Assembly (NCBI RefSeq): GCF_026210795.1
Contig: NC_089430.1
Span: forward strand, 3,038,001-3,102,000
Direction: 5' to 3'
Length of the DNA: 64,000 nt
Source of the DNA: Rhizophagus irregularis
Taxonomy: Eukaryota
The notes beneath the pieces are model-generated. The model did not search any database. It was not told the origin of the DNA and saw only the letters and a program-made list of their open reading frames with translations. The position numbers were made by a program, and so were the translations under genes. This document shows, piece by piece, positions 38,651 to 52,689 of this stretch; the stretch's first letter is position 1, and each line of letters starts with the position of its first letter.

Positions 38651-40775
38651 TCATATTTTCCTTTTATTTATTCCCCTCTTTTTACTTTCTGATTCTGTAG
38701 TTAAAGCTTCATTATTAATCCACTTGGTAAACATATCTAAAGAATTTGTAGGTTGATATAAAGGAACTTCATGTCCTGCTTCATAAACTCTAACAAATGT
38801 TAATTTATCATAAGACATGGTTTCCCCGCCAAAATTATTACCAACTATCCATTTTTTCATTGAAGAATTATTAAATTCTGATTGATAAGTCCATATTAAT
38901 GATTTTACTAATGTCATTCCGCTGAACCTAAAGAATAAGAACTAGGTTTGTTAATCGATAATGAGACAAAGTTCTCGTGAAAGCTTTATTTCCTTACCAG
39001 TTACAGATAAAATCAGCATCACCGTTATATATTAACACAGGGAATCCTCTATTAAGAAGATATTCAACATCTGTCTTATGACTTTGAATCCTAAAAAAAA
39101 AATTATCGATTTTAATAAAAATATATTATTATAATCACACGAAAAGATAACTTACATGTCGCCTTGTAAATAAAAACTTGCATAAACATTTAACGAACAA
39201 TTAGTAAAAGATTTTTGCGCTCCAATAGCTGACATTACTTCAGGTTTGGCAAAATAAACCTGATAATCAAGTGGTAAGTCAGCTGTAGTTCTAACATCAT
39301 AAACGCTTAATCCGGAATCTATATAGTGAGAAGAAATATTCATACAAGTTTCTTCTGCCGCAATGCAATCAAGTGCCTCTCCTGTTGCATAACAATTGTC
39401 AACTGGTAAGGAAAATTGAGGTTGATTTAATTTTTTTTATTATATACAAAGGCCGAGAAATTATTGTTCAAATAGAATTTAAGATGTGTTAAATTCTTAC
39501 TTAATTGTTCACATCCGGGTAATTCTGATCGCATTACCGCAATTTCACTTGAATTTAGCGCAGGACCATCTAACAATTATCGCGACATCATTATGTAAAT
39601 ATTACGTAATGTAACTTTTTTCAAAAACAAGTATTGAATTAAGTTTTTTAGCTTACAAGTATTTGATTCTACGAAATCTGGATAAGATGCACTAAGTATC
39701 AAAAAAAACAGTTCAAAGTCAAAAAAAAAAGAGTACGTGAAAAAAATATATATATACAGTAAATTTGAATATAGTTACTATATAGTTTTGGGATCAATCC
39801 AATTATTTCCAATTCCAACAGATTGTAAGTTAATTGGGATTGCTTTCATATTTTTCGAATTAATTAAAAGATTATTTTCATTTATCAACTTCGCAAGGGA
39901 AGGTACTATAAAAACGCGAGTGGCGCAGTAAAATTATTTAGCGTATAGTGATAGGTTTTTTGATGAAAGAATAATCGATCTAAAACTTACTATAATGTCC
40001 TCCAAATGATTCACCGAAAATATGAAATTTCATTTTTGAATATTCTGGAAATTTTTCAAAGAATTTTTGCAAAAAATCATATAAATTCAATGAAGATTGT
40101 TCTGTTGTTGATACGATTCTATCTCCAAATGAAAATCCTGCATCAACTGGCTAACAATAAAATGAATGAATTAATTTAAAACATTTAAAAAATTTTTTTT
40201 TTTTCAGGATAAATTTTGATTCTACCTGATCAACAAATAACATATTAGAAACTTCAATCCAACTTTCAGGATGGATTTCAACATCTGTTCCTCCTGCTAT
40301 AGTTCTACAAGGACCAACTTCTTGTATTAATCCCACCATTGAAGAACATCCTGGACCTCCATTTAACCATAATGTTAATGGAGAACCTTTAGGATTTTTT
40401 CTTGATTCAAAAAACCAAAAAAATATATTTGTAAATTGATTGATTTTAATATAACCGGAATACTACAAAAATGAGAAGAATTCTTTAATTAATAATATTT
40501 TATATATATTAAGAAATGAATAGTTTTTCGCTTCTTTACCTGCTTCACGTTTGGATCACATAATTTACTTGATACAATATTATAAGTGGGGTCTAGGTGG
40601 AAAAAATTAAAATTTAATCACGTGTATAATTAAATTCACGTGATATTTGTATAATCCCACCTTTTATTGCTGCTGCGTCAATTATTTCGATAGTCAGGAA
40701 GCAACATACTATCAGTATAACAAAAATGATGAATTGATAGGAAAATTTGCCAGATGATTTAATGATAAAACCCAT
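38651..40775 (-). CDS. Serine carboxypeptidase (peptidase S10), tandem paralogue
   Basis: Same exon structure as the first copy; [34 protein letters not shown]. Confidence 0.92.
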
Positions 40776-41442
40776 ACTTTCTTTTTAAATCTAAGAAATC
40801 GGGAAAAATATTAATTTAGAACAACTTTCTAAAGTCGTAAAAAAATGGATAAGAGATTATTTATCCTTTAAATACTTTTCTATGATCAACAAAAAAAATA
40901 TTTGTCAATGAGCTAGTTACATTACAGTTTATGCCAAGCAATTAAACTCACGTGATATATGTAATATATTTATAAAGCAAATAGTAAAAGAATAATCAAA
41001 AATTGGACATTATTTTCTCAATGATTCTACGAAAAAAGGTAAATAAAATCAAAGTTAATTATAAACACATTCAAATATTTTTAAGAAAAAGTTTATATAC
41101 ATCAATAATAAATTCATTACAACCATTACAACCGATTTTACGACGACCGGATAATCCCGATGGTGGATTACATTTATACGAATATAGATAATTATTATTA
41201 TAATAAACATCCCTGAAGTCCCCTGCATTTCAACCTTTTTTGGGTATTTGTCACATATATGTAACGCTTTAGGTTTAGATGTTCGAATATTCGGAGTTTT
41301 AGTAATTCATTGTACAACAATATTCACTTGATAATGAATTAGAAGGTAATAGTAGTTACGCCCATAAATGTATGTATATTATACACAATAATAAATATAA
41401 AAATACAATTGAGACAAGTAAACTTTACGATTTATTCAATCT

Positions 41443-42915
41443 TTAATAATTAAAAAATGATGATAAAAAGGAATTCCTAATTTCAGTACCAAATTTTTTA
41501 ATTATACCTAAATTTTTATATTTTTCAATTATTTTCAAAATTTCTTTACTTATATCTAAAACATTATTATTTAAAATTTCATTTTTAATTCTAATTAAAT
41601 TAATTGATTTTTTTGGTATACGATTTTTCCAACCAATAAGAAAAGATTCTAAATCTTCTGGTAATAATTCTGATGATAATTCATATAATTTTAATTCAAA
41701 AAAATTATTTTGTGAATGTTTTGCAACTACATCTAATATTTCTTTTTCACTTGATTGACTTGATAAAAAATCATACCAAATTTCAATACTTTCTAAATAT
41801 TTACAATTATCAAAAATGATTTTTAAAGTTACTAAACCATCATCTGTTAATATAGAAGAAATTTTCCTAAGATTTGGACAAAATTTAGCTATAGATGATC
41901 TTAATGAACTATCAATACCATCAATATTTAATTCTTTAAGATTCCTTCCACTATTTTCAAGAAATTTTATTATTATATCATCATTTGGATGTATAAAACG
42001 AATTTTTAAAATTTGTAAATTTGGAAAAATTAAATTTTTTAATTCTTCAAAAGAAAGTTTATATTCTATTGATAAATCAAGTTCTTGTAAATTTGTGAAA
42101 AATGATTTTGTTATAAAATTTTCTTCTTTTAATTTATTAATTAAATTATTAAAAAGATTTGTTAAAGCAGGTAAAATATTTCTCCTCCTTCTATAAGATG
42201 AAAATTTTAAAATTTTTAAATTTTTTTGTATAGACATAAAATGTGCCAATCCATTTGAAACTGAATTTCGAAATTCTATTGTAAGTGATTTTAAATTATT
42301 ACATATCGGAGATAATTGATAAAAAAAATGAGAATCAACATCCGATCCACAATTTAATTCTGAAAGTTTGTTTAAACAATCTTTTGTTCCAGGAAAGTAA
42401 ATAAAATGTAAATTTGTTTGATAATATTTCAATTTTTTTAAAGAAGATATTTGAATCATAAACATTTTGATTATTTCTTTTTCAATTAAATGTTTTTTAT
42501 AATTTAAACTTAATGAATCAATAATAACAAATTTTTGATTTTCAAAAATATGTTGAATCATTTCATCAAATTTATTTATTGAAAGAACTTTTATAAATGA
42601 TGCGTAATTAAATAATGGTGGTTTTAAAGTAAGTTTTGAAATAAATATTCCATTCTTATTTAAAAGGTCTTTTGATTCATCAGGAAGACAATTAATTAAG
42701 GTATTAGTAATTGATAATGGTACGTGTATTCGATATGAATTATAACCTATACTATATTGTAATCCCCAAATATCCCTCCATAAAATTCTAACCACAATTT
42801 TACACCAAAGACGATTTACCAATAAACATGAATGTAAATTGATTTTATCATCTTCTAAATATTCAAATATTTCGTTAAGGCAATCGATGGGAAGTGGACA
42901 AGACATTTTAGACAT
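41443..42915 (-). CDS. F-box + LRR/RNI-like protein
   Basis: LPIDCLNEIFEYL...LHSCLLVNRLWC; paralogue of the 16.7-19.7 kb pair. Confidence 0.9.
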   Translation of the reverse strand: MSKMSCPLPIDCLNEIFEYLEDDKINLHSCLLVNRLWCKIVVRILWRDIWGLQYSIGYNSYRIHVPLSITNTLINCLPDESKDLLNKNGIFISKLTLKPPLFNYASFIKVLSINKFDEMIQHIFENQKFVIIDSLSLNYKKHLIEKEIIKMFMIQISSLKKLKYYQTNLHFIYFPGTKDCLNKLSELNCGSDVDSHFFYQLSPICNNLKSLTIEFRNSVSNGLAHFMSIQKNLKILKFSSYRRRRNILPALTNLFNNLINKLKEENFITKSFFTNLQELDLSIEYKLSFEELKNLIFPNLQILKIRFIHPNDDIIIKFLENSGRNLKELNIDGIDSSLRSSIAKFCPNLRKISSILTDDGLVTLKIIFDNCKYLESIEIWYDFLSSQSSEKEILDVVAKHSQNNFFELKLYELSSELLPEDLESFLIGWKNRIPKKSINLIRIKNEILNNNVLDISKEILKIIEKYKNLGIIKKFGTEIRNSFLSSFFNY

Positions 42916-44266
42916 TTTTTAAAAGAGAATATTCTTTTTTTTTTAAAAAAAAAAATTCATCCTTAAAAATAATTTTGTTCATTTATATATAGCTATTTGA
43001 AACTGTGTTACACTAGTGATATTTCGGGTTTTTTATGAAAAAAATGACGCCAAAAAATGATTATGGCGCAAGGCGCAGTATGGAACAGTTATCCGATACA
43101 ATCGCGGATCTACTATATAATGTGATAAAAAATGGGTCAATTTCTTTTGAAAACGGAAGATCTGTAAAAATATGTATAGTTGTATACGACAAAGACTTCT
43201 TGTACGTCATATTATGTGCAGCCGCAGGTCGCTTTCACCCGTTCACCCCTGACCAGTATTTTATATGCGCCCGGCCGGCATTAAGAAATTTAATCATGTG
43301 TATGATTTTCAGGTTGATATTTATAGGAATTTCCAAAAAGTATTTTTGACGGAATGTACAGAAAATTCCTTTTGGAATCCGTTTTGTACGACTTCCTGGC
43401 TCCTGCATATTTTCAGGAGTCCTGGTGGAGCAAAGTATTATTTTAGGTAATGTTCATAAGAAATGCATAAAAATCATACGAAAGTCACGTGGATAAAGTA
43501 AAAAATACTCTTTCGCGTAAATAATAAAATCATTAAATTATAATAAATCTTACATTAAAGTTTTTTTATTATCATGAAAAAAAAAAAAATCTATTATCTA
43601 TTTGATTCTATATTTACAATTTTTTTATGAATCAATCATTTATTCATTGAAATTTAAAAAAAATTATCGTTTATTATTATTTAAAAGAATGTTTTTTTAT
43701 CTAAACAATAACTTTTTTTTTTTGGCTGAATTTTTTTTAAAGTAAATTTTGACAAAAAAACAAAAAATTTTTTTTTCAGCCTTTTTAGTTTTTCCTCATC
43801 AGTATATACTTTTATACTGTTTAAAAAAAAAACTTAATTCACTATGCATTAAAAAAGAACTTACTATCGGAATATAATAAATCTAAATTCGAAAAAATGT
43901 TGTATATATAATAATGAATGAATATATATAAATTATATATATATATATATATATACAGTATATAAGAAAGTTATTAAAATAACAAAAGGGTCCTGGAATT
44001 TTCTCAATTTCTCCCAAAATTGCGAAAAAAAAAAATAGTAATAATAATTAAGATTAAAGTAAAAGAAAATGCAAAATTAAAATCTATAAATGCAAAATAA
44101 ATGAATGATGAAAGAAATGAATAGTGAATAAATGCAAAATATTACAAGTGAGAAAGAATGTTGTAAATGCGTGTATGCGTGTGTGTTATTATACATATCA
44201 TGCTATACAATGTGAAAAAAAAAATAATTTTTTTTTTCGAAATATATATATATATATATTTTTTTT

Positions 44267-46583
44267 TTATATGAAAGTTGAAGCTTGAGACCATAATTTA
44301 CTTGGATCTCTAATACTCGATTCATCAAAGAAAATATGATTTGTAGATGGTATAAAAGAATATTCAAGAACTTGATCGGGATTAGCGGTACTAAAAGCTT
44401 TTCTAACGGTAAAAGTTAACATAGTGTTGGTTGGCATATCTTTTGGGAAATCTGGTTCATTACTTAATTCCAATGAATTAAAGTTAGTTTTTAAATCGAA
44501 TCCTCGTTTCAAAGGATCATCAAGAAGGAAAACCTGTCCACCAGGAAACGAACTGAAAGATAATGGAGTATTCGGAAATCCTCCAACTGCAACTGATTTA
44601 ACACCATGTAATTCAGATAAAAGTAAGGAAGTTGAAGCACATGACGACCCACAAAATCCATTTGTTAACATTATCATATCACTTGATTTCCATGGAAGTG
44701 AAGATTGACTGGCAGTAAAAAATCCATTGATGTTACCTATATCATTTTCAATGAATTTTGAGGCAAGAAAGTCATTTACATTATCGAATTCTTTTGCATC
44801 TACTTTTAAATATTCACTAAAAGTAAAAATTGAATTTGTTCCATTGCTTGCTTTCAATATTGCCCCCTTCACAATATCATTAAGTCTAAAGTCAGTTGGA
44901 AGTGATGGATTTGCACCAGGAAATAAGAGAGAATTAACGAAATGAGAAAGAACAGTAAGTCCTCCTTCGTTATTTGACATATCCAAAACGAGCTAATAAA
45001 AATAATAATATATATATTAGATAAGAGAAATAATTACATTATAATTTCCTACGTATAGTTCCGAAATAATAATTTACCTTCTTGGCACCGCTATCCGCTA
45101 ATTTCTTGAAACCGGCTTGTATATTGCTAAATGCACTTAAAATGGTATCAGAAGTAATTTCATTACCGACATCATATGTTGCAATTACGGCAACTCCAAC
45201 ATCATTATCCAACGTATAAAATTGAGCGATTTTGGCATCAAAAACGAGATTATCAATTTTAACAGTAGGGCTTAATGATTTCAAAAGATCCCGATTAACA
45301 GTTAATGGATCAATAGGATAAGCTACATTACAATATTTATCATGTGGTTTTTTATCTTTTTTTGTGTGATATTTTCGTTTATTTTTCCTAGTAGTCGAGG
45401 TCACATTTGGTTCCTTTCCAACATTTCGTACAGGTTGTACATCTGGAGGTGATTCTGGTTCTTTAGGAGGTTGATTTTTTTCATCAGAGGGAGGATTTGC
45501 ACAAAAATTGTTCCAATAAGATTTAGCATCAGTGAATTTATTAAGGTCATCAGGATTATTTATAACAGCTTCCCAATTACGAGTAATGGTTTTAGTGTTT
45601 GTACCACATTTTAGATCATAAGTTGTGGTTTCTTTATCAGGTAAAACCATACGAAGAGTAAATTGTGAAGATCTAGGTTGAAGTAAATAAGTTCCATTTT
45701 GTAACGCAAGAGATGCTAATGCCAAATTGAATCTGACACCAAGATCTTTAGAAACAAAGATATTATCACGTGCAAACTGTGTGATGGCGTCGATGGCCGC
45801 GACACCATCAATACGGTCAACCTCACAATCATCGTTATGAGATTCAGTAGAGTCTTTGAAAATTTTAATCTTTTGCGTTCCATCTTGTGATACGGTAGCA
45901 TATAATGCTAACCTTTGAGTGAAAGCAAACCTTGTATAACATATTGGAAAAAATAAGGTATGAGGATCTTTCAATTGAGATACTAAATTAGTAGCATCAG
46001 TCTAAAAAAAATTAAATAGATAAAAATTTACGTTAAATAAATTCAAAAAGTATAAAAAATATAAAAATATAATTTCAATTATTTAAAGATGTTAATTATA
46101 TACATACCGTGAATTCAAAATCATTAGCGTACGATTTTTGACTCAAACCATCAATTTCACTTATGAGATCCATTGCTTTATAATCAAGGCCTTGAACCGG
46201 TTGTTCTTTTGCAAGATCAGCAAATGCATAAAATCCGGTATAAAGTTTTTTCATCGTATCAAGAGTCTATTAAAAAAGAAAGAAAATTTAATTTTAACAT
46301 CATTTTATTATAATTTAAAAATAACATATAAATTATTTACATCAGTTCTTCTTTTATTATCAAAAGCAAAAGATTCATAACAAGCTTTTATATCCGAAAA
46401 AGGAAAAGACTCGGTTTCAGCTTTCTTAAAAGTATTATGTATATTAGCACAACCATCTTGACCACCAGTTATGGGTGCTGACGAAGAATCAGTTCTTGGA
46501 ACATATAAAGATTCTCCTCGATGAAAAGTTGCCAGCAACATGAGAGAAGGAATTAATGCTTTAATGAATGTGAATGGTTTCAT
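44267..46583 (-). CDS. Secreted S41-family (tail-specific/CPAF-like) peptidase; exons 46583-46341, 46266-46108, 46001-45078, 44992-44267
   Basis: Signal peptide MKPFTFIKALIPSLMLLATF; LKDPHT, KKLVLDMSNNEGG, LTNGFCGSSCA (catalytic Ser region), VAVGG; in-phase GT-AG introns. Confidence 0.85.
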
Positions 46584-49500
46584 TTTTAAAATGCTTTTTT
46601 AAATGTACTGTATATGTTAAATGCCAGATTTATACAAATGAAAAAAAAATGAATTCTATATATATATATAATTCTATATGTAAAAAGTCTATTATATTGA
46701 AAAGAAAGAAGAATTAAAAGGGGGAAAGGAATTGTTTATATATTGATGATATGTATATTATGAAATGCATCTATTCACAGATTTCGGGAGAAAAGGAAAA
46801 AATTCTAGCTAAAGAATTTTTTTCACAAATAGAAAAATGAGTAATTGAAGGGATTTATATACATTCGAAATAAATTGTATATATAAATATATAATAAATA
46901 TATTATATATAAATTATATGCATATATTCGTTGTTGACTTTTTTAATTGTTTAATTTCTTTGTGAGTAATGTGGAACATAACACAAAATAATTTAAAGAA
47001 AGAGAATATGATTTTCCTTGAGTTGTATACCAATTTCGGTGATTTCTCAAATTCTTTACAAAATTGAGTATAATATAATTGGTATGAATATTGAAAATCG
47101 GCGCATTTTCTTTTATCCCGCCAAAGAAACAATAAAATTATCTTTTGCCGCTACCGCCAAAAATTCCCCACAAGTTTTACATATTATTTTCATAACCTTT
47201 TATGATAAATATATTTTTTTTTAAATTTAATTTGAAGATATTTTCGATATTACCTTATTCGCATAACAAAGACTTAAAAAGGACATAAAACAACATAAAT
47301 CACATATAATTACTAACCAAAATTTATAGTATATGACGATATTACCCCGATTGTCTGTATCACCAGCATGTTTAAACTTGTCCCAATCAACGTTTCAGAA
47401 TTTTTGGAAAGATTTACAATCCCTATTCCTTTTTTTTCTGATTTAAACCAACAAATGTACGATCATACTATTAACCAAACAGGTCAATAGAAGAACCTTT
47501 TGGCTCTACCGCCAAAATTTAACAAAATTTTTTATGAATTTTTCTTAAATTCTTCTTCGATATGATAACTTTGAAACAACGATCAATTCGATTAATTGAA
47601 TTAATGAAATTATTTTATTGTTTTTGACAATTTAACAATTTTACAAATTTAAATGATTATTGACGTTAGAACCAAAAGTTGGAAATGAACTCACTTACGA
47701 TAATTCCTTTTCTTTATTGTTCTTTGACTTGGTGGTTATGTTTCGTCTTTAATAATAGTGTAACAATCATTACATGATGCTCTTTATTTATTTGTAGACA
47801 CTACCTATGATTTTACAGACTAAAATTACTAAAATAGAAATGATCAATTATTTAGATCAATCACAGCGCATTTATTTATTATTCGCGTTCTTTGTAAATC
47901 TTTTGGTTTTTACAGGTGAAATAAAGAAATTAATAAAAAATGTGTTTTAATTAAAACGTTTTAAATAGTAAGACCATTTTTTTTTTTGTTTTTTTCAGCG
48001 GTAAGTTTCAAATTTTTTTTTGTTTTTCAGGCTTATTTTTTTTTTCCGTGGAACATTTTAAAATTTGTAGGTCATGACGATACTGACGATACCCGACGGA
48101 TTATTTGTGAAATATTTCATGCGTATCCTAATGATACAATACACGAAAGAAGAATAGATTAACGATTGAACAATGAGTGTTAAAAAAAGCAACAAGTCCA
48201 TTTGTTAAATTTGTTTTGAACTCATTATTTCTAAAAGTTGATCGTTTAATAATATTATTAGTCATTGTAATTTTATTGGTACAAAAATTTAAGTTCCAAA
48301 AAAAAAAATAAAATAAAATTAAAATTAAAAAATTTTCAAATTTCGATTTATTTATTTATTTTGAGAAAAAACAAAACTTTTACTTGGGTTAATTTTTCTA
48401 AATTCAGGATTTGGAATGTCATTAAATTTAGAAAATCCATTATCATTATTGAAACAAATTACAGATTTATTAATTATTATTATTATTATTTTAATTAATA
48501 TAAATAAATGTGCATTTATCAAATAAAAGATTAGTATTGATGAAATTACATTATATATTGGAATCTAAACTATGAAAAATATATTACGGAAGTTTTTTTT
48601 TTGCGAGAAAATAATAATAATAATAATAGTAATAATTTTATTATTATTATTATTCTCAATTCTTAATAATACTTTTTGAAATTTTATTTGTTTGTAAAAA
48701 AGTGTCGGTCATAAATAATAATACATATTTAATTACGTTCATTTCATAATTCTATTTTTGTTTATTTTTTTCAGTTAGTAAATTGATTGGTGATAATCTT
48801 ATTTAAATTATTACAATTCGTTCAATTCAATTGAATCTTAAATTAGATGAGATGTACGACTTTATTATTAATAAGTTGAATTTTATTAAATAGATTAATT
48901 AAGTAAGTTATTTATCTTATTTTATATCTTGAAAAAATTTCTCGCAATACTTAACGAAAAAATGGAGAGGAAAGGCAAAAAATTTATCGCGTTTAAATTT
49001 AGTACAACAAATCTTCAAAATATCAAATATTAAATTTTATAATATGTATTTATTTTATTGGTTCAAGATAAAAAAAAACAAGTTTCAAGTTTTTTTTTTA
49101 AAAAAAAACAAATAATATTTTCAATTACGTTATATTGTTTGTTTGGAATCTTTATTTTTTTTAAAAAAAAATTATTGTAAATAATTATGTATTAATCAAA
49201 TTGAATATTATAAAATATTTTTCGCAAAAAATTAAATCCATATCTATTCTTGCTTTTTTAATATAATCTTTTGTAAAGATTTTATTTTTGTCTCTTCCGT
49301 TTGTTTCTTTACTTGGTAAATAACATTTTCCTATTATATACAAGTTAATAACGTTTTATATAATGAATTATTACAATTCGTTCATTTCTAATGAAATGTA
49401 AATTATATGAGGAGTAAAAATACGCCGAAATTTATTATTTATAAATAAAAATAGTTATTAATATTGTAAAAAAAAAAAAAAATTCCTCGCGATACTGAGA

Positions 49501-51840
49501 AAATAAAAAAAAAGGCGTTATTGTTTCAAGATAAGATGAAATGTTTCAATTTTTTTTAAAAAAATTTCAATTACGTTTTATTATTTGTTTGGAAGAAAAA
49601 AAATAACACAAGTGTTACATAATTCATTACTATTTTTAAACCTTTATTGCATTTAAGAACTTTTTCTATGATCAAGATATTATATTTAGAAATTCATTTT
49701 TTTTTTTCATTTTTTTTTTACCTAAATTAATTAATATATTTAATACTATAGAAGGATCGTCTACTATGTATTTTCGTCACCCAATTAATTGAATCTAATG
49801 AAGTACATAATAAGATTATTTTTCTCGAAAAATGAATATCAATTCCTAATAAATCTCCGTAGGAAAAAAAAAATGTATTTTTATTTTTTATTTTTTTAAT
49901 TCGTTCCTTTCATGTTTCTTTACTAATCAATACCGGTCATAAATACTTTTATATTTTAATACGTATTTTATCGTATGATTTTTTTTTTTAAGATTTCTAT
50001 TTTAATAAATAAAATAGTAATTATAATAAACAATTTCTACAAATTAAAATTTTTGTTAGTAAAGAGATTTGAAGATTGGTAATGACAAATTCGAAAGGTA
50101 TACGAAATTTATTTGTGTAACATTTATCAAAGAATTCTTCAAATTATAGGCGAGGCAAAGAAAACGGTATGTAATATTATATACGGTACTAAAAGAACCA
50201 TTTTTCTCCACGTGAATTCATATAATTTATCGGAAAATAAAAGTTTTTTTTACAATTCGCTAAAATAATTTACAGTATGTAAATTTCAAAAACTTAAAAA
50301 ACTTACATTCCAGAGCCGCATTTTTGGACTAGCCGATTGACGTACCTCATTTGACTATATGAAGAACTTATGAAATTGACGCACCTATACCTAGGAAGTT
50401 GGGTATATCTTTCCAGCATATGCGTCTATTAAGTCACAACATGACCGTATCGCGTGATTATGTGATCATGTGAACTTAATATATATCCACGATCATCGCC
50501 TAAAAGGATGAAACATAGCTTGTTAGAAATTAGATTCGTCATAATAAGACAAGTCAAATAATGTTAATTTCATCTCTTAGGATTGATGATATTTAAGTTT
50601 TTAAAATGGAAGATGCTAATAGCATATATCCTCTCATTATAACAAACTGTCTTATTTTTCTTTGATTAACAGATGATGAAAAATTTGAAATTTGTCATTT
50701 TAACTTATCACAACTTGTTTTGAAAAATACTATACAGAGTAAAAATCATTAAATTTGACATCAAAATATTGAGACATTTCATTGTCTATTGATCATAGAA
50801 AGATTTTTTTTTTTATGTTAGTAACGCGCATTTCTTCTTTATTATTTAGTAAAAAATATAAAATACAATTTACGTGATAATCTAAAGAAATACATAGAAG
50901 CAATTTCTATCTACTAACTCCATATTAATATAATTGATCATGGAAAGATGTTATGAAGCTCATTAGATTTTGCCATAACAAGACATATTGAATGAAGTTT
51001 TACATTTTGGAAACTTCACTCAATATTTTGTTATCTATTGATTCAAAAGATGTGAAATTACCATCATTTGATGCATCTGGTTATGATAATTCTAACAGGC
51101 TATGTTTCATTTTTCCACAATCTTTAGATGATGGGTTAATATAATATTCTTGTATAAGTACCCTAGAGACTGTGACCCGTGGGTCACAATTTCTTTATTT
51201 CATTACAGTTCAAGAATGTATCTGTCAAATAAAAGGTGAACTTATTTCATCATTCTGGAAGCTGTCAGCTATCATTTGAACTATTTTTCCTGTGCCTTTC
51301 TTCTAATGAGTGTTTGGCATGGGCCCGGTCAAAAATTTAGTCATGTGACTCTGAACTGAATAACTCAATTTGTTTGTCCCATTCGTTCTTAACAAACATG
51401 GATGCATTTAAGAATGAGACAAACTCCACCATATATCATTCTCTTTGTGATATCTACTAAATCCAAAGTTCGCATGGGTAGCATTAATCAAATCCTTCTT
51501 TTTATCCCATTGCATAAGACAAACGCAGTATTAGATACAGTAGATCAGGATTTTTCTGAAAGGTTGTACTCTGACAATTCTCAGGATAATATCCATTAGC
51601 TCATAAAATAGCAAAACAGGGAAAATTGTTCACGATCAGATTCACATACTGTGAAATCATAATATTCTTAATTTCAACAGCAATGCATTTTCTTAGCATG
51701 GTCACTGTTCGGTATTGCATTATCAGTCGGTGAGTACTTGACTGGGCAAAGCCTACTGCTTGAAGAGCAAAAATATATACTATGTAACACCAGGACAGAA
51801 GTTGAACATGGCAGGTAACAGATATTATTCTCTCATAATA

Positions 51841-52501
51841 CACAGGTCAAAATACTAAAAATCGGCAAAAAAAAATAGCGCAAAAAGCAGTGGCTATTCT
51901 TGGCTATTCTTGGCTATTCTTGGCTGTTTTTGGCTATTTGCGAATTAACCTATACTATTTGTAAATAGTTTATACAAATTTGCGAATAGTTTATGCAATT
52001 CGCGCCATTTTTTTTGCCTATTTTTGGTCATTTGACGTGTGTGGACAGTGAATATCAAATATGCAACCTTCAAAAGCCTTAAAAATTTCATATGTGGAAC
52101 ATGTCCAACACCTGCATTTGAGAATGATGGAGTGGTACTCAACATATTAAATGACGAGAAAAAATAACAGACGAAAAACCTGCTGAGATTTCATTTCTTT
52201 TATATTTCTCCAAAAACAATCACACTAGATGATTGCTGATTACTCAACTACTTCCTTATATGTTGTAATTATTGCCTGTATACATACTCTTTTATGTTAT
52301 CACACGTCAAATGACCAAAAATAGGCAAAAAAAATGGCGCGAATTGCATAAACTATTCGCAAATTTGTATAAACTATTTACAAATAGTATAGGTTAATTC
52401 GCAAATAGCCAAAAACAGCCAAGAATAGCCAAGAATAGCCAAGAATAGCCACTGCTTTTTGCGCTATTTTTTTTTGCCGATTTTTAGTATTTTGACCTGT
52501 G
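51841..52501. mobile_element. Young non-autonomous element with 201-bp TIRs and CACAG...CTGTG ends
   Basis: 51841-52041 is the reverse complement of 52301-52501 (no mismatch seen by eye). Contains (TGGCTATTCT)3. Confidence 0.93.
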
Positions 52502-52689
52502 CCACTTGAAGGTTTTAACCCGTTTTGGTTTAATAACAACATTGAATACTGTAATATAACAACAGGGTTAGTAAATGCTTTCCATGGCCTGTTGATTTAA
52601 GAAACTTATGAGCTAAAGATTTCTGAAACTGTGCAGTCCTGGAAATTTCTTGGCAAAATTTTCAACTGGGCCTCTGCCAAAATTATGCC

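Noticed and set aside
41816..42196. Antisense ORFs over real genes (also 7890-8138, 11104-11469, 15183-15503, 44424-44945, 58534-58997)
   Set aside because: These are shadows of opposite-strand coding sequence with no independent motifs.
51171..51188. Palindrome TGTGACCC-GT-GGGTCACA
   Set aside because: An isolated 8-bp stem within decayed sequence; compatible with chance.
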